Shown in pieces: positions 50,255 through 60,529 of a stretch of 64,000 nt of DNA. The notes beneath the pieces are model-generated. The model was not told where the DNA came from and did no database searches. It saw only the letters and a list, made by a program, of their open reading frames with translations. Position numbers and translations under genes: made by a program. How positions within the stretch are numbered: position 1 is the stretch's first letter; every line of letters begins with the position of its first letter. This DNA is from Chiloscyllium plagiosum. Lineage: Eukaryota. Location: positions 6,842,740 to 6,906,739 of the forward strand of contig NC_057719.1 in NCBI RefSeq assembly GCF_004010195.1, given 5' to 3'.

Positions 50255-50598
50255 AGGAGTCCCTGCAGTGTGTAAATAGGCCATTTGGCCCTACAAGTCC
50301 ACACTGACTCTCTTAAGAGTAACCCATCCAGACCCATTCCCCTACCCTATTACTTTACATTTGCCCCTGACTAATGCACCTAACCTACACAGCCCTGAAC
50401 ACTATCGTCAATTTAGCATGGCCAACTCACCTAACCTGCACATCTTTGGATTGTGGGAGGAATCCAGAGCACCCGGAGGAAACCCACACAGACATGGGGA
50501 GAATGTGACAGTTCCACACAGACAGTTGCCCAAGGGTGGAATCAAATCTGGGTCCCCAGCGCTGTGAGGCAGCAGTGCTAACCACTGAGCTACCGTGA
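50255..50598 (-). mobile_element. HE1-type V-SINE
   Basis: Minus strand tagctcagtggttagcactgctgcctcacagcgc..., V-domain and CR1-like tail. Confidence 0.88.
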
Positions 50599-50867
50599 CA
50601 CCTGAATGTAATTTTCTCCCCCTCTCATTTCTCTTTTTTTTTTCTGTTGCCTTTTGTTGACCTTGCTTCCCAATCCTCCGATTTCCCACTGCCATTCAGC
50701 ACATTATATGCTTTCTCTTTTGCTTTTATGCTATCTCTGACTTCCCTCGTCAGCCATGGTTGCCTCATGCTTCCTGTTCAGAGACAAAAAAAACTGCAGA
50801 TGCTGGAATCCAAGGTAGACCAGCAGGAGGCTGAGAACACAGCAATACAGGCAGCATCAAGAGGTAA

Positions 50868-51303
50868 AGAACAAAAAAGAACAAAGAAAATTTACAGTCC
50901 AGGAACAGGCCCTTCAGCCCTCCAAGCCTGAACCAATCCAAATGTACTGTTTAAACCTGTCGGTCAATTCCTAAGCATCTGTATCCCTCTACTCCCCACC
51001 TATTCATGCATTTATCTAGACGCATCTTAAATGAATCTACCGTGCCTGCCTCTACCACCTCTGCTGGCAATGCGATCCAAACGCCCGCCACCCTGTGTGA
51101 AGTACTTGCCGCGTGTATCCCCCTTAAACTTTCCACCTCTCACCTTGAAAGCATGACTTCTCATTATTGAATCCTTCACTCTAGGAAAAAGCTAGTCTCT
51201 ATCCACCCTGTCTATACCCTTCATGATTATATAAACCTCAATCAGGCCCCCCCTCAATCTCCTTTTTTTTCCTGATGAAAATAAACCTAATCTACCCAAC
51301 TTT
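50868..51303 (-). mobile_element. CR1 3' fragment inserted in the Penelope pLTR
   Basis: aagaacaaag tail repeats; RRLRGGLIEVYIIMKGIDRVD, WIALPAEVVEAGT. Confidence 0.85.
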
Positions 51304-51820
51304 TCTGACATTTTGGCTGTAACCCTTCGGGACTGAGTGGGAATAAGGGGAGCCGCAGATAGAGGTGGGGTGTGGCAGGGTGGTGAGGAGGGGATAGGTG
51401 GAGACAGGTACAGGGTACATCCTGATTGGTCGATACGGGGGATGAATCTAGTAAGTGGCTGAGAGGAATGGAAGGGAGGGGGTGCAGCTGGGAAGGGAGT
51501 TGGATGGGAAGGGAGGTTATTTGAAATTGGAGAACTCAATATTGAGTCCTCTGGGCTGTAGGCTGTCCAAGCGGAAGATGAGGTGTTCCTCCTCTAGTTT
51601 GTGGTTTGATTCGTTGTAGTAATGGAAGAGGCCAAGGACAGTCATGTTGGAAAGGGAATGGGAGGGGGAATTAAAATGGATGGTGACTGGGAGGTCTGGT
51701 TGGCCACTGCAGGCCTAGCTGAGATACTCGGTGAACTGTTCCCTTAATTTACATTTGGTCTCCCCAACGCAGAGAAGACCCCATCGGGAGCACAGAATAC
51801 AGTAAACTAGGTTGGAGAAG

Positions 51821-51914
51821 AGCTGAAAATGTGTTGCTGGAAAAGCGCAGCAGGTCAGACAGCATCCAAGGAACAGGAGAATTGACGTTTCGGTCATAAG
51901 CCCTTCTTCAGGAA
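51821..51914 (-). mobile_element. Penelope pLTR mini-insertion, family A, inside a Penelope ORF
   Basis: Near-identical to 29261-29353; ggagaagag at 51814-51822 and 51915-51923. Confidence 0.87.
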
Positions 51915-53034
51915 GGAGAAGAGGCAGGTGAACCTTTGTCCCATCTGGAAGGGCTGTTTGGGGCCCTGGGTGGAAGTGAGGGTGTTGGTGTGCCAGCAGG
52001 TTTTGCATCTTTTCTGGTTGTAGGAGAAGATACCTGTGGGTTCAGGGGTGAAGGTGGGGAGAATGGTGCAAACCAAGGATTGGTGAAAGGAATGGTCCTT
52101 GCGGAAGATAACGAGAGGTGGGAGGGGAAGATGTCCTTGGTGGTGGGGTCGAGTTGGAGTTGGGAATGTTTAAGGATGATTTGAATGCAGAGACTGGTGG
52201 GTTGGTGGGTGGGGACAAGGGCGACCCTGTCTGTATTGCGTTTGGAGAAGGGTTGTTATAGCAATGGAATGGGGAATGGAGGTGGTGTGCTGGAGGGCTA
52301 TCTGGAGGTAGGGGAAAGATGTTGCTCGAAATAAATGGACATCTGGGATACTTGGAAGTGGAATGTGTCCTCGTCTGCGCAGATGCAGTGGAGGCAGAGA
52401 AATTGGAAGACTGGGATGGAGTTCTTGCTGGATACTGGGTGGGAGGAGGTGCAGTCTAGGTAGCTGTAAGAGTTTGTGGTTTTATAGTAAATGTCTGTCT
52501 GGAGGCTCGCTGGAGATGGAAACGGAGAGGTCAAGAAAGGGTGTCCGAGATGGACCGAGGGTGGGGCGGAAGTTGTGGGCGAAGTCGATTTACTGCTCCA
52601 GTTCAGCCTGGGTACAGGATGCTGCACCAATGCAGTCATTGATGTAACGGCAGAAGAGTTGGGCACAGTGCCTGTATAGGTAGTAAGGAGGGACGATTCA
52701 ATGTGGCTGACAAAGAGGCAGGCAATTTCCTTGGTACCATGCTTCTTTTTCCTCAGGATGAATCTTTGCAGTGTCTGTGGAGTACACTCTCAAACTGCTG
52801 CCATTGCTGTTGCACTGTCTTTCCTGCTAGACTCCTCTCCCAGTTAGTTCTGCCCAGCTCCTCCCTTGTGCCGCTGTAGTTGTCTTTATTCAGTTGTAAT
52901 GCCATTATCTGATTCTGTCTTCGCCCTCTCAAAATTGCTGAGTAAATTCAATCATATTATGATCACTGTCTCCTAAGAGTTCCTTCACTTTTACCTCCCT
53001 TTATTACGTTTGCCTCATTGCACCACAGTAAACC

Positions 53035-53290
53035 CAGGCTTAATAGGCTGGCAAGTCTTTTTTCCACTGGAGCATAGGAGGTTGAGGGATGACCTTAGAG
53101 GTTTATAAAATCGAGGGGCAAAGAAAAGGTGAATAGGAAAGGTCTTTTCCCTTGAGTGGGGGAATTCAAAACTAGGGGGCATATTTTTGAAGGAGAGAGG
53201 ATGAAGAAATGAAGATGTGGTACAGGTCAATGATTATGATTGAACCTTGAAGCAGACTGAAGAGGCTGATTAGCCTATTCATGTTCCTAA
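53035..53290 (+). mobile_element. CR1 3' fragment
   Basis: aggaggttgagggatgaccttagaggtttataaaat...aaaactagggggcat. Confidence 0.75.
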
Positions 53291-53694
53291 CATAGTATTC
53301 TAGTTTGATGCGATGAGAGATAAACCTCTTATCATTTTAAGTTAAATTAGTACTGTGGGCCAAGTTCAATAGGTGATACAACATTAAAACTAAGTGGAAT
53401 TTTGAGAAGCACACATTTTGTTTCCCCCAGGAATCTTGAGAGAGTTGACACTGTGGTTCAGATATTAATCTCCTCAGTAAGTGTCTACTGGCCATGGATC
53501 AGTAATTATGGACTTGTTAAATCCACATAGAAATGGGCTACACACTTCTGGCAACAGATTCCATTTGATTGACTTAAGATGCAGTATTGCCAAAACAACT
53601 TGAATGTTGGCCAACAACCACCTTTAAATTCTTTTGTTTATCATCTTTTGATGTGTTGTGTTTTGTTTCCTAATTAAATTAAAATTTTGAGACT

Positions 53695-54390
53695 AGTGTT
53701 GTTGAACAGATACCTAGGGGTTCAGGTACATAATTGTTTGGAATTTGTCATAGGTAGACAGGATGGTTAAGAAAATGTTTAGCATGCTTGCCTTCATTGC
53801 TCAGACCTTCGAGTATACGAGTTAGGACATCATATTGAGGTTGGTACAGGACATTGGTGAGGACTCTTCTGGAGTGCTGTATGCAGCTTGGTGGACGTGT
53901 TTTCAGAAGGATATTATTAAACTGGAGAGAAGTGAGAAAAGATTTACCAGGATTTTGTTGTGACTGGAGAGTTTGAAATAAAAAACACTGAATAGGCTGG
54001 GAATTTTTTTTGTCACTGGAGTGTAGGAGGTTGAGGATGATCATATAGAAGGTTATAAAATTGAGGGGCAAAGAAAAGGGGGGTGGGGGGGTGGAAGAGT
54101 TTAATACCAGGAGGTATGTTTTTTTAAGATGAGAGGACAAAGATTTAAAAAGAAGGGACAATTTTCTTTGAAATATAAAGTAGTTTATGTGTGAAATGAA
54201 TTGCCAGAGAAAGTGGTAGATACAGGTACAGTTAGAATATTTAAAAGACATTTGGAAAAGTTCATGAATAAGAAATGTTTGGAGGATATAGGCCAAGTGC
54301 AGGCTGGTGGGACTAGTTTAGTTTTGGGAACATGGTCAGCATAGACTGGTTGACCTAAGGGTCTCTGTCCATACTGTGTGACTGAGTCTT
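53695..54390 (+). mobile_element. CR1 3' fragment
   Basis: ttggtacaggacattggtgagg...aatgaattgccagagaaagtggtaga and CR1 tail. Confidence 0.85.
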
Positions 54391-55267
54391 GATATTTATA
54401 TGCAAAAAGTACCACATCGAAGTCATTGGCACCTCTGCTCAGTCATTCTGTTTCTGAGACAATTGCACAAGTTTTTGTAGTTGGCAAACTATACAATGCT
54501 GACTTTGGTCTGCTTGTCTGGTTATTGTCTGTCATGTTGATTGTCAAAGTATTGTTCCAAGAGCTGCTCCCTGGGGAACTCTTAGCCACTTCCTCTTTAA
54601 GTACTGCCCATTGAAAAATGAATTGTTCTTGGCTTCTTATTATCTAGCTCATGTTTGATTCACTTTGTTCCACCTTTAGTCCTGTAATCCTTTGCCAGTG
54701 CTAATTTTTATTTTAAAAATTTTAAGATCGGTAATCTGTACTAACATGGTCACCAATATGTCAATAAATTGATGTTACTATGGTAATTGTATGGCTGGTT
54801 ATCCATGTTGGTTTTCTTGTCTTTTTATATATTCAGTTTAGTTGGAGGGAGGGAAAGAGATACATTAAACAATTATTACTTGCAGCAAAGTCTTCTGTAA
54901 AAATTACCATTGCATCATAGTAAGGAAATAAAAATTAGGCCTTTCGGCAGTGCATTGAATCACTTTTAGGTTACGTTTGCAGTCTCCAAGGCAAGACTTA
55001 ATGGTTAATACAAGTTACTGTCTCTGAATCCTTTTTTTTTTGCTGGAACTTGTCTGTTAGCTACTCTTAATGTTAAATTTAAGACATTTATCTTTTAGTG
55101 CTCCATTGTAGTGGTGAAGGTTAGTTTGGTGAATTGGTGGACAGGCTGCCTGACTCCACTAGATTCTACAGGGTCAGGCTATTCAAATGATTAGCATGTG
55201 TCTTTTGCCATAGATTGAACACTGCTAAGGAAATGCTCAGTGTTGCTGGAATACATGTGGCCTGTGT

Positions 55268-55570
55268 TCAACAAGTTGCATTCATGTGCTGCTTTAATGT
55301 AGTAAAGAGTCACCATGCTTTTCACAAAAATGTTATCAAACAAAGTTAACATTGAACTGCATGAGACATATTAGACATGTGACTAAGAGCATGGTTAAAG
55401 ACAGAAGATTAAAGAAGGATAGGAGGTCACAGCTGCTGCTGATGAAGCAATGAAAACAGAGGACCCACAAGGTAAGATTGGAGAAGTTTCATCCCAGAAT
55501 GTGTGTCTGATGAAGATGAGAGAGAGCATGGAGCAAATTTGTGGGGGGATTTGAAAACAAAGGTTTTGTG
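55268..55570 (-). mobile_element. Ancient L2 LINE 3' relic
   Basis: caacaagttgcattcatgtgctgctttaatgtagtaaa...tcaaacaaag...ggatttgaaaacaa resembles the reverse complement of the L2 3' end. Confidence 0.55.
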
Positions 55571-56242
55571 ACATCAACTGAATAGAATAGCTTTTATTCT
55601 CATATGTACGTGAATAAGTGCAGTGAAAAGTTTATAATGTCACCTTTCGACACCATCTTAGGTACAGAGTACCTGGGTATAGATACTTTTAAGCGTAATT
55701 AAGAGTAAAAAAAAATGTTGTTACAGACTTTTTTTAACAATTAGATTAGCGTGGAACATTTGGAAAAAGTCCTGAGTGATAAGTGAACATAGGTACTTCA
55801 GTTCTAGTCTGTGCCTGCCAGTCCCAGAGCACAAAGCCTCCATGTGTTGGCCTCCATCCAGGACTTTGCTCTGTCACCACTCTGGGAATCGACATGTTTG
55901 CTTCGCCACCGGACTTAGCCTTAGAAAAAGAAAAGCTATAAAGGGGAGGGGAAAAAAAGGAAAAGGAAAGGTACTGGCAAGCAGAGGAGCTCCGACTGGA
56001 GCATTGTACTCTGCCATCATGTGAGTGATAGCTGACTGCTCTTGATGCATTTTGGGATATGAGCAGTTGAGTTTTGGTTGATTTGAGGCTTGGAGTGCAA
56101 GCTGTAGTACAAAGAATGATGTAACTGTAAGCAGGATAAACTACCTCATAGGAAGTGATGGAGTAATGCATGATTTCTAGGAGATGGTTCTCTCTAGAAG
56201 CTTTTAATTAAGTCTTGTCCTGTATACTACACAATGTTTACA

Positions 56243-56332
56243 ATTCTGAGGAAAGGTCACTCGACCCGAAACGTTAACTCTCTATTTCTCTGCACCAACG
56301 CTGCCAGACTTGCTGAATTTTTCCAGTAATTT
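56243..56332 (+). mobile_element. Penelope pLTR family C with hammerhead motif (56246-56275)
   Basis: tt-CTGAGGA-aa-ggtc-actc-gacc-c-GAAA-cg-TT-aact then tttctctgcaccaacgctgccagacttgctgaatttttccag. Confidence 0.75.
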
Positions 56333-56619
56333 ATATTAATATTAATTTATATAATGCATTAATAATTTGGATTAGGGAACAATGTAACATCTCAACGTTT
56401 GCAGATGATAGAGTTGGGTGGGAGGGTGAGCAGGGTGCAGAGATTCTCCAACATGATCTGGACGGGTTGGATGAGTGGGCAGATGCTGTATAACTTGGAT
56501 AAGTGTGAGGTTATTCACTTTGGAAACAAAAACATGGCAGATTACTACCTGAATGGCTGTAAATTGAGAGAGGAGTGTACACTACAGGGCCTGGGTGTCC
56601 TTGTGCACCAGTTCTTTAG

Positions 56620-56920
56620 GCATAGAGTCATACAGCACAGAAACAGACCCCTTTGGTCCAAACAGTCCATGCCAAACATAATCCCAAACTAAACTAGTCC
56701 CACCTGCCTACTCCTGGCCTATTTCCCTCCAAACCTTTCCTATTCATGTATCTATCCAAAATGTATTTTAAACTTTACAATTGCGCCCATACCCACCACT
56801 TTCTCAGGAAGTTCCTTCCACACACAAACCACCCTCCATCTAAAAAGATTTGCTTATTTATTTTTCAAATCTCTCTCCTCTCACTGTTAAAATGTTCCCA
56901 CCTAGTCTTGAAATCCACTA
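56620..56920 (-). mobile_element. CR1 3' tail fragment
   Basis: catagagtcatacagcacagaaacagaccc tail. Confidence 0.85.
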
Positions 56921-57009
56921 GAGGTCAATTTTTAATGTCTTTATTCAGTTAAAAGTTTGCATCAAATGATTGCCAGAATAGAGCGTGAACGTGCAACCAA
57001 AAAGTTGAA

Positions 57010-57192
57010 CAGTCAGAGGTGTACAGCATGGAAACAGACCTTTTGGTCCAACCTGTCCATGCCAATCAGCCTAAATTAATCTAGTCCCATTTGCCAGTAC
57101 TTGGCCCATATCCCTCTAAACCATTTCTATTCATATAACTATTCCGATATCTTTTAACTGCTGTAATTGCACAAGCCTCTGCCACTTTCTCT
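57010..57192 (-). mobile_element. CR1 3' tail fragment
   Basis: agtcagaggtgtacagcatggaaacagacc tail. Confidence 0.85.
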
Positions 57193-57420
57193 GTCAACCC
57201 ATCACTCGAACATACAGGCTATTAGAGGAGACAGGCATATGGCTCATGAAACAGTGCGAAACATTAAGTGATATACACTGAGAAAAGTGTAAAGTGAATA
57301 CAAATTTATAGACATCTGGGGCATATATGCTCAAACCATTGATGACATAAGTGGTCAAGAATAGAGCTAATGAGTATACTGAATCTTGTGCTTTATAAAT
57401 AGAGGCAGAGTGTATAAAAA

Positions 57421-57511
57421 GGAGAAAGTGAGGACTGCTGATTCTGGCGATCAGAGTTGAGAGTGTGGTGCTGGAAAAGCACAGCAGGCCAAGCAGCACC
57501 CGAGGAGCAGG
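57421..57511 (-). mobile_element. Penelope pLTR fragment truncated before the hammerhead
   Basis: ggagaaagtgaggactgctg...gtggtgctggaaaagcacagcagg matches 47989-48075 and 40876-40960. Confidence 0.8.
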
Positions 57512-58621
57512 CAGAAGGTAAGCATGCAGGCGCAACAGGCGGTGAAGGCGGCAAACGGTATGTTGGCCTTCATTAGAGGAGTTTTGAATAAAGGAGCAGG
57601 GATGTGTTGCAGTTAGACAGGCCTTTGGTGAGGTCGCACTTAGAATATTGTGCGCAGTTTTGGTCTCCTCTGAGGAAGGATGCTCTTGCTGTCAAGGGGG
57701 TGCATAGTACGTTTACCAGGCTGATTCTGAGGATGGTGAGACTGACCTATGAGGAGAGATTGACGAGGATTGATTCTGCTGGAGTTCAGATGAGTGAAGG
57801 GGGATTTCATAAAAACTTAGACAATTCTAACAGTACTGGACAGAGTAGATGCAGGGAGGATAATTCTGATGGTGCATCCAGAACCAGGGGTCACAGTCTG
57901 AGGATTCAGAGTAGACCATTTAGGACTAAGATGAGGAGTCATGTCTCCACTCAGAGTGGTGAGCCCTGTGGAATTCATTACCACAGGAAGTAGTTGATGC
58001 CAAAACATTGAATGTATTCAAGAGGCAGCTGGAGAGAGAGAGCATGTGGGACAAATGGGATCAAAGGTAAAGGGGAGAAAGCAGGATTAGGCTATTGATG
58101 ATATTTAGCAGCCCTACAATAGAACCAGACAATCCCAAGTTGCAATCCGAGATATTAAAATATTAAACTTACTAGTAGCAACAAAAAACCTATATATCCA
58201 CCAAACCCCTTCTTTTATTTAAGACATACCTAACTCTTTTTGAATAATATTGCATAATTGACACTTCAGCCTACTTATGTTGTGCATTTCAATGAGGGCT
58301 TTCCTTGTAGCTTATCAACATGGATATTGTCTGGGCGGGAAAAAATCCATAGAGGTCCCCAGACTGACCACCCTCCCAGAGAATGCTTGTTCTGGGTCAA
58401 CTGTTAATTGCTTATGTATGCTTGAAAACTTCAGTTTTTATCAGTGCAAAACCAACAAGCCTATCATTTCAGCAGTATTCAAGGCCAGATAGCTAAAGGA
58501 AACTGAAGAGTTTTTCAACTGGAAGAATGTTTATTTTGAATAGACAGTGGGGCTGTTTTCACTTTTAGTTGCACATTTGCAAGTATGCTTCATATTGCTA
58601 AGGTTTTATAGGTTTTATATT

Positions 58622-59300
58622 AGTCATGAAGTCATAAAGATATATAGCATGGAAATAGACCCTTTGGTCCAATTCCTCCATGCCGACCAGATTGATCTTG
58701 TCGTATTTGCCAGCATTTGGCCCATATCCCTGTAAACCTTTCCTATTCACATACCCATCCAGATGCCTTTTAAATGTTGCAATTGTACCAGCCTCCACTA
58801 CTACTTCTGGCAGCTCATTCCATATACGCACCACCATCTGCATGAAAATGTTGGTCCTCCAGTCCTTTTTAAATCTTTCCCCTCTCACCTTAAACCCATG
58901 CGACCTAGTTCTGGGCTCCCCCACCCAGGGAAAAGACCTTGCCTATTTACCCAACCATGCCCCTCATGATTTTATAAAGCTCTATGAAGTCACTCTGCCT
59001 ATTCAACCTCTCCCTACAGCTCAAACCCTTCAACCCTGGCAACATCCTTGTAAATCTTTCTGAACCCTTTCAAATTTTACAATATCCTTCTGCTAGGAGG
59101 GAGACCAGAATTGCATGCAATATTCCAACAGTGGCCTAACCAATGTCCTGTACAGCCGCAACATGACCTTCGAACTCCTACACTCAATGCCCTGATCAAT
59201 ACCAAACGCCGCCTTCACTATCTACCTGCGACTCCACTTTCAAGGAGCTATGAACCTGCACTTCAAGATCTCTTTGTTCAGCAGCTCCCACCAGGATCTT
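58622..59300 (-). mobile_element. CR1 3' fragment
   Basis: EPRTRSHGFKVRGERFK...IWNELPEVVVEAGTIATFKRHLD. Confidence 0.9.
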
Positions 59301-59386
59301 GGTAATCCAAATATTACTACCCTCGAGGACTTCATTTTTTAAAATTCCTGTATTCTCCTTTTAGAATCTCATCCTTTTCCCTTCCT

Positions 59387-60528
59387 GTGGTGACCAAACA
59401 AGTGGATGAGGGTCAATCAGTTGATGTGGTGTATATGGATTTCAGTAAGGCGTTTGATAAAGTTACTCATGGTGGACTATTACACAAAATATGGAGGCAT
59501 GGGATTGAGGGTGATTTAGCGGTTTGGATCAGAAATTGGCCAGCTGAAAGAAGACAGAGGATGGTGGTTGATGGGAAATATTCATCCTAGAGATCAGTTA
59601 CTCGTGGGGTACCGCAAGGATCTGTTTTGGGTCCACTGTTGTTATTTTTATTAATCACCTGGATGAGGGCATGGAAGGATGGCTTAGTAAATTTGCAGAT
59701 GACACCAAGGTCGGTAGAGTTGTGGATAGTGATGAAGGATGTTGTAGGTTAGAGGGACATAGATAAGCTGCAGAGCTGGGCTAATAAGTAGCAAATGGAG
59801 TTTAATGCAGAAAAGTGTGAGGTGATTCACTCTGTAAGGAGTAATAGGAATGCAGAGTACTGGGCTAATGGTAAGGTTCTTGGTAGTGTAGATGAGCAGA
59901 GAGATCTTTGGTGTCCAGGTACATAGATCCCTCAAAGTTGCCACCTAGGTTGATAGGGCTGTTAAGAAGGCATACACTGTGTTAGCTTTTATTGGTGGAG
60001 GGATTGAATTTTGGAACGAGAGTATGCTGCACTGTACAAAAGTCTGGTGTGGCCACATTTGGAGTATTGCGTACTGTTCTGGTCACTGTATTGTAGGAAG
60101 GATGTGGAAGCTTGGAAAGGGTTCAGAGGGGATTTACTAGGATGTTGCCTGGTTTGGAGGGAAGGCCTTTCGCGGAAAGGCTGAGCGACTTGAGGCTATT
60201 TTTGTTGGAGTGAAGAAGGTTGAGAGGTGACTTAATTAAGACATGTAAGATAATCAGAGGGTTAGATAGGTTGGACAGTGAGAGCCTTTTTCTTTGGTGA
60301 TGGCTAGTACGAGGGGACATAGCTTTAAATTGAGGGGTGATAGTTTCTTTGCTGAGTAGCAAGGGCGTGGGACACGTTGCCTGCAATAGTTGTAGACTTG
60401 CCAACTTTAAGAGCGTTTAAATGGTCATTGGATAGGCATATGGATGAGAATGGAATAGTGTGGGTTAGCTGGGCTTTAAATTGGTTCCACAAGTTGGCAC
60501 AACATCAAGGGCTGAAGAGCCTGTACTG
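59387..60528 (+). mobile_element. CR1 RT-to-3' end
   Basis: VDEGQSVDVVYMDFSKAFDKVTHG, GVPQGSVLGPLL, KFADDTK. Confidence 0.92.
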
Positions 60529-60529
60529 C

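Larger units (their letters stand above)
50779..52724 (-). mobile_element. Penelope-like element (RT end, GIY-YIG endonuclease, pLTR)
   Basis: LQTDIYYKTTNSYSYLDCTSSHP.S.KNSIP..QFL.L..IC, FSNLVYCILCSRWGLLCVGETKCKLREQFTEYL; pLTR start aaaaaaactgcagatgctggaatc. Confidence 0.9.
48436..53030 (-). mobile_element. Long CR1 LINE ORF2 interrupted by a SINE and a Penelope element
   Basis: IGQSQHGFIKGRSYLTNLLECFEEV...DVIDLNFRKAFDKVPQRRL, DKSLGPDGPHPRVLRE; resumes at 50600-50778 and 52725-53030. Confidence 0.88.
56355..58100 (+). mobile_element. CR1 RT-to-3' end split by later insertions (pieces 56355-56612 and 57515-58100)
   Basis: WQMLYNLDKCEVIHFGNKN...LGVLVHQ then LVRSHLEYCAQFWSP, SRTRGHSLRI. Confidence 0.8.

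Noticed and set aside
26904..51914. Recurring ~90-bp unit as a CRISPR-like or satellite array
   Set aside because: Copies are dispersed with individual TSDs, have no repeat-spacer periodicity, and the DNA is vertebrate
55381..55480. Purine-rich stretch ending in AAG/GTAAGA
   Set aside because: Lies within the minus-strand L2 relic and has stops in plausible frames; exonisation not excluded but unsupported
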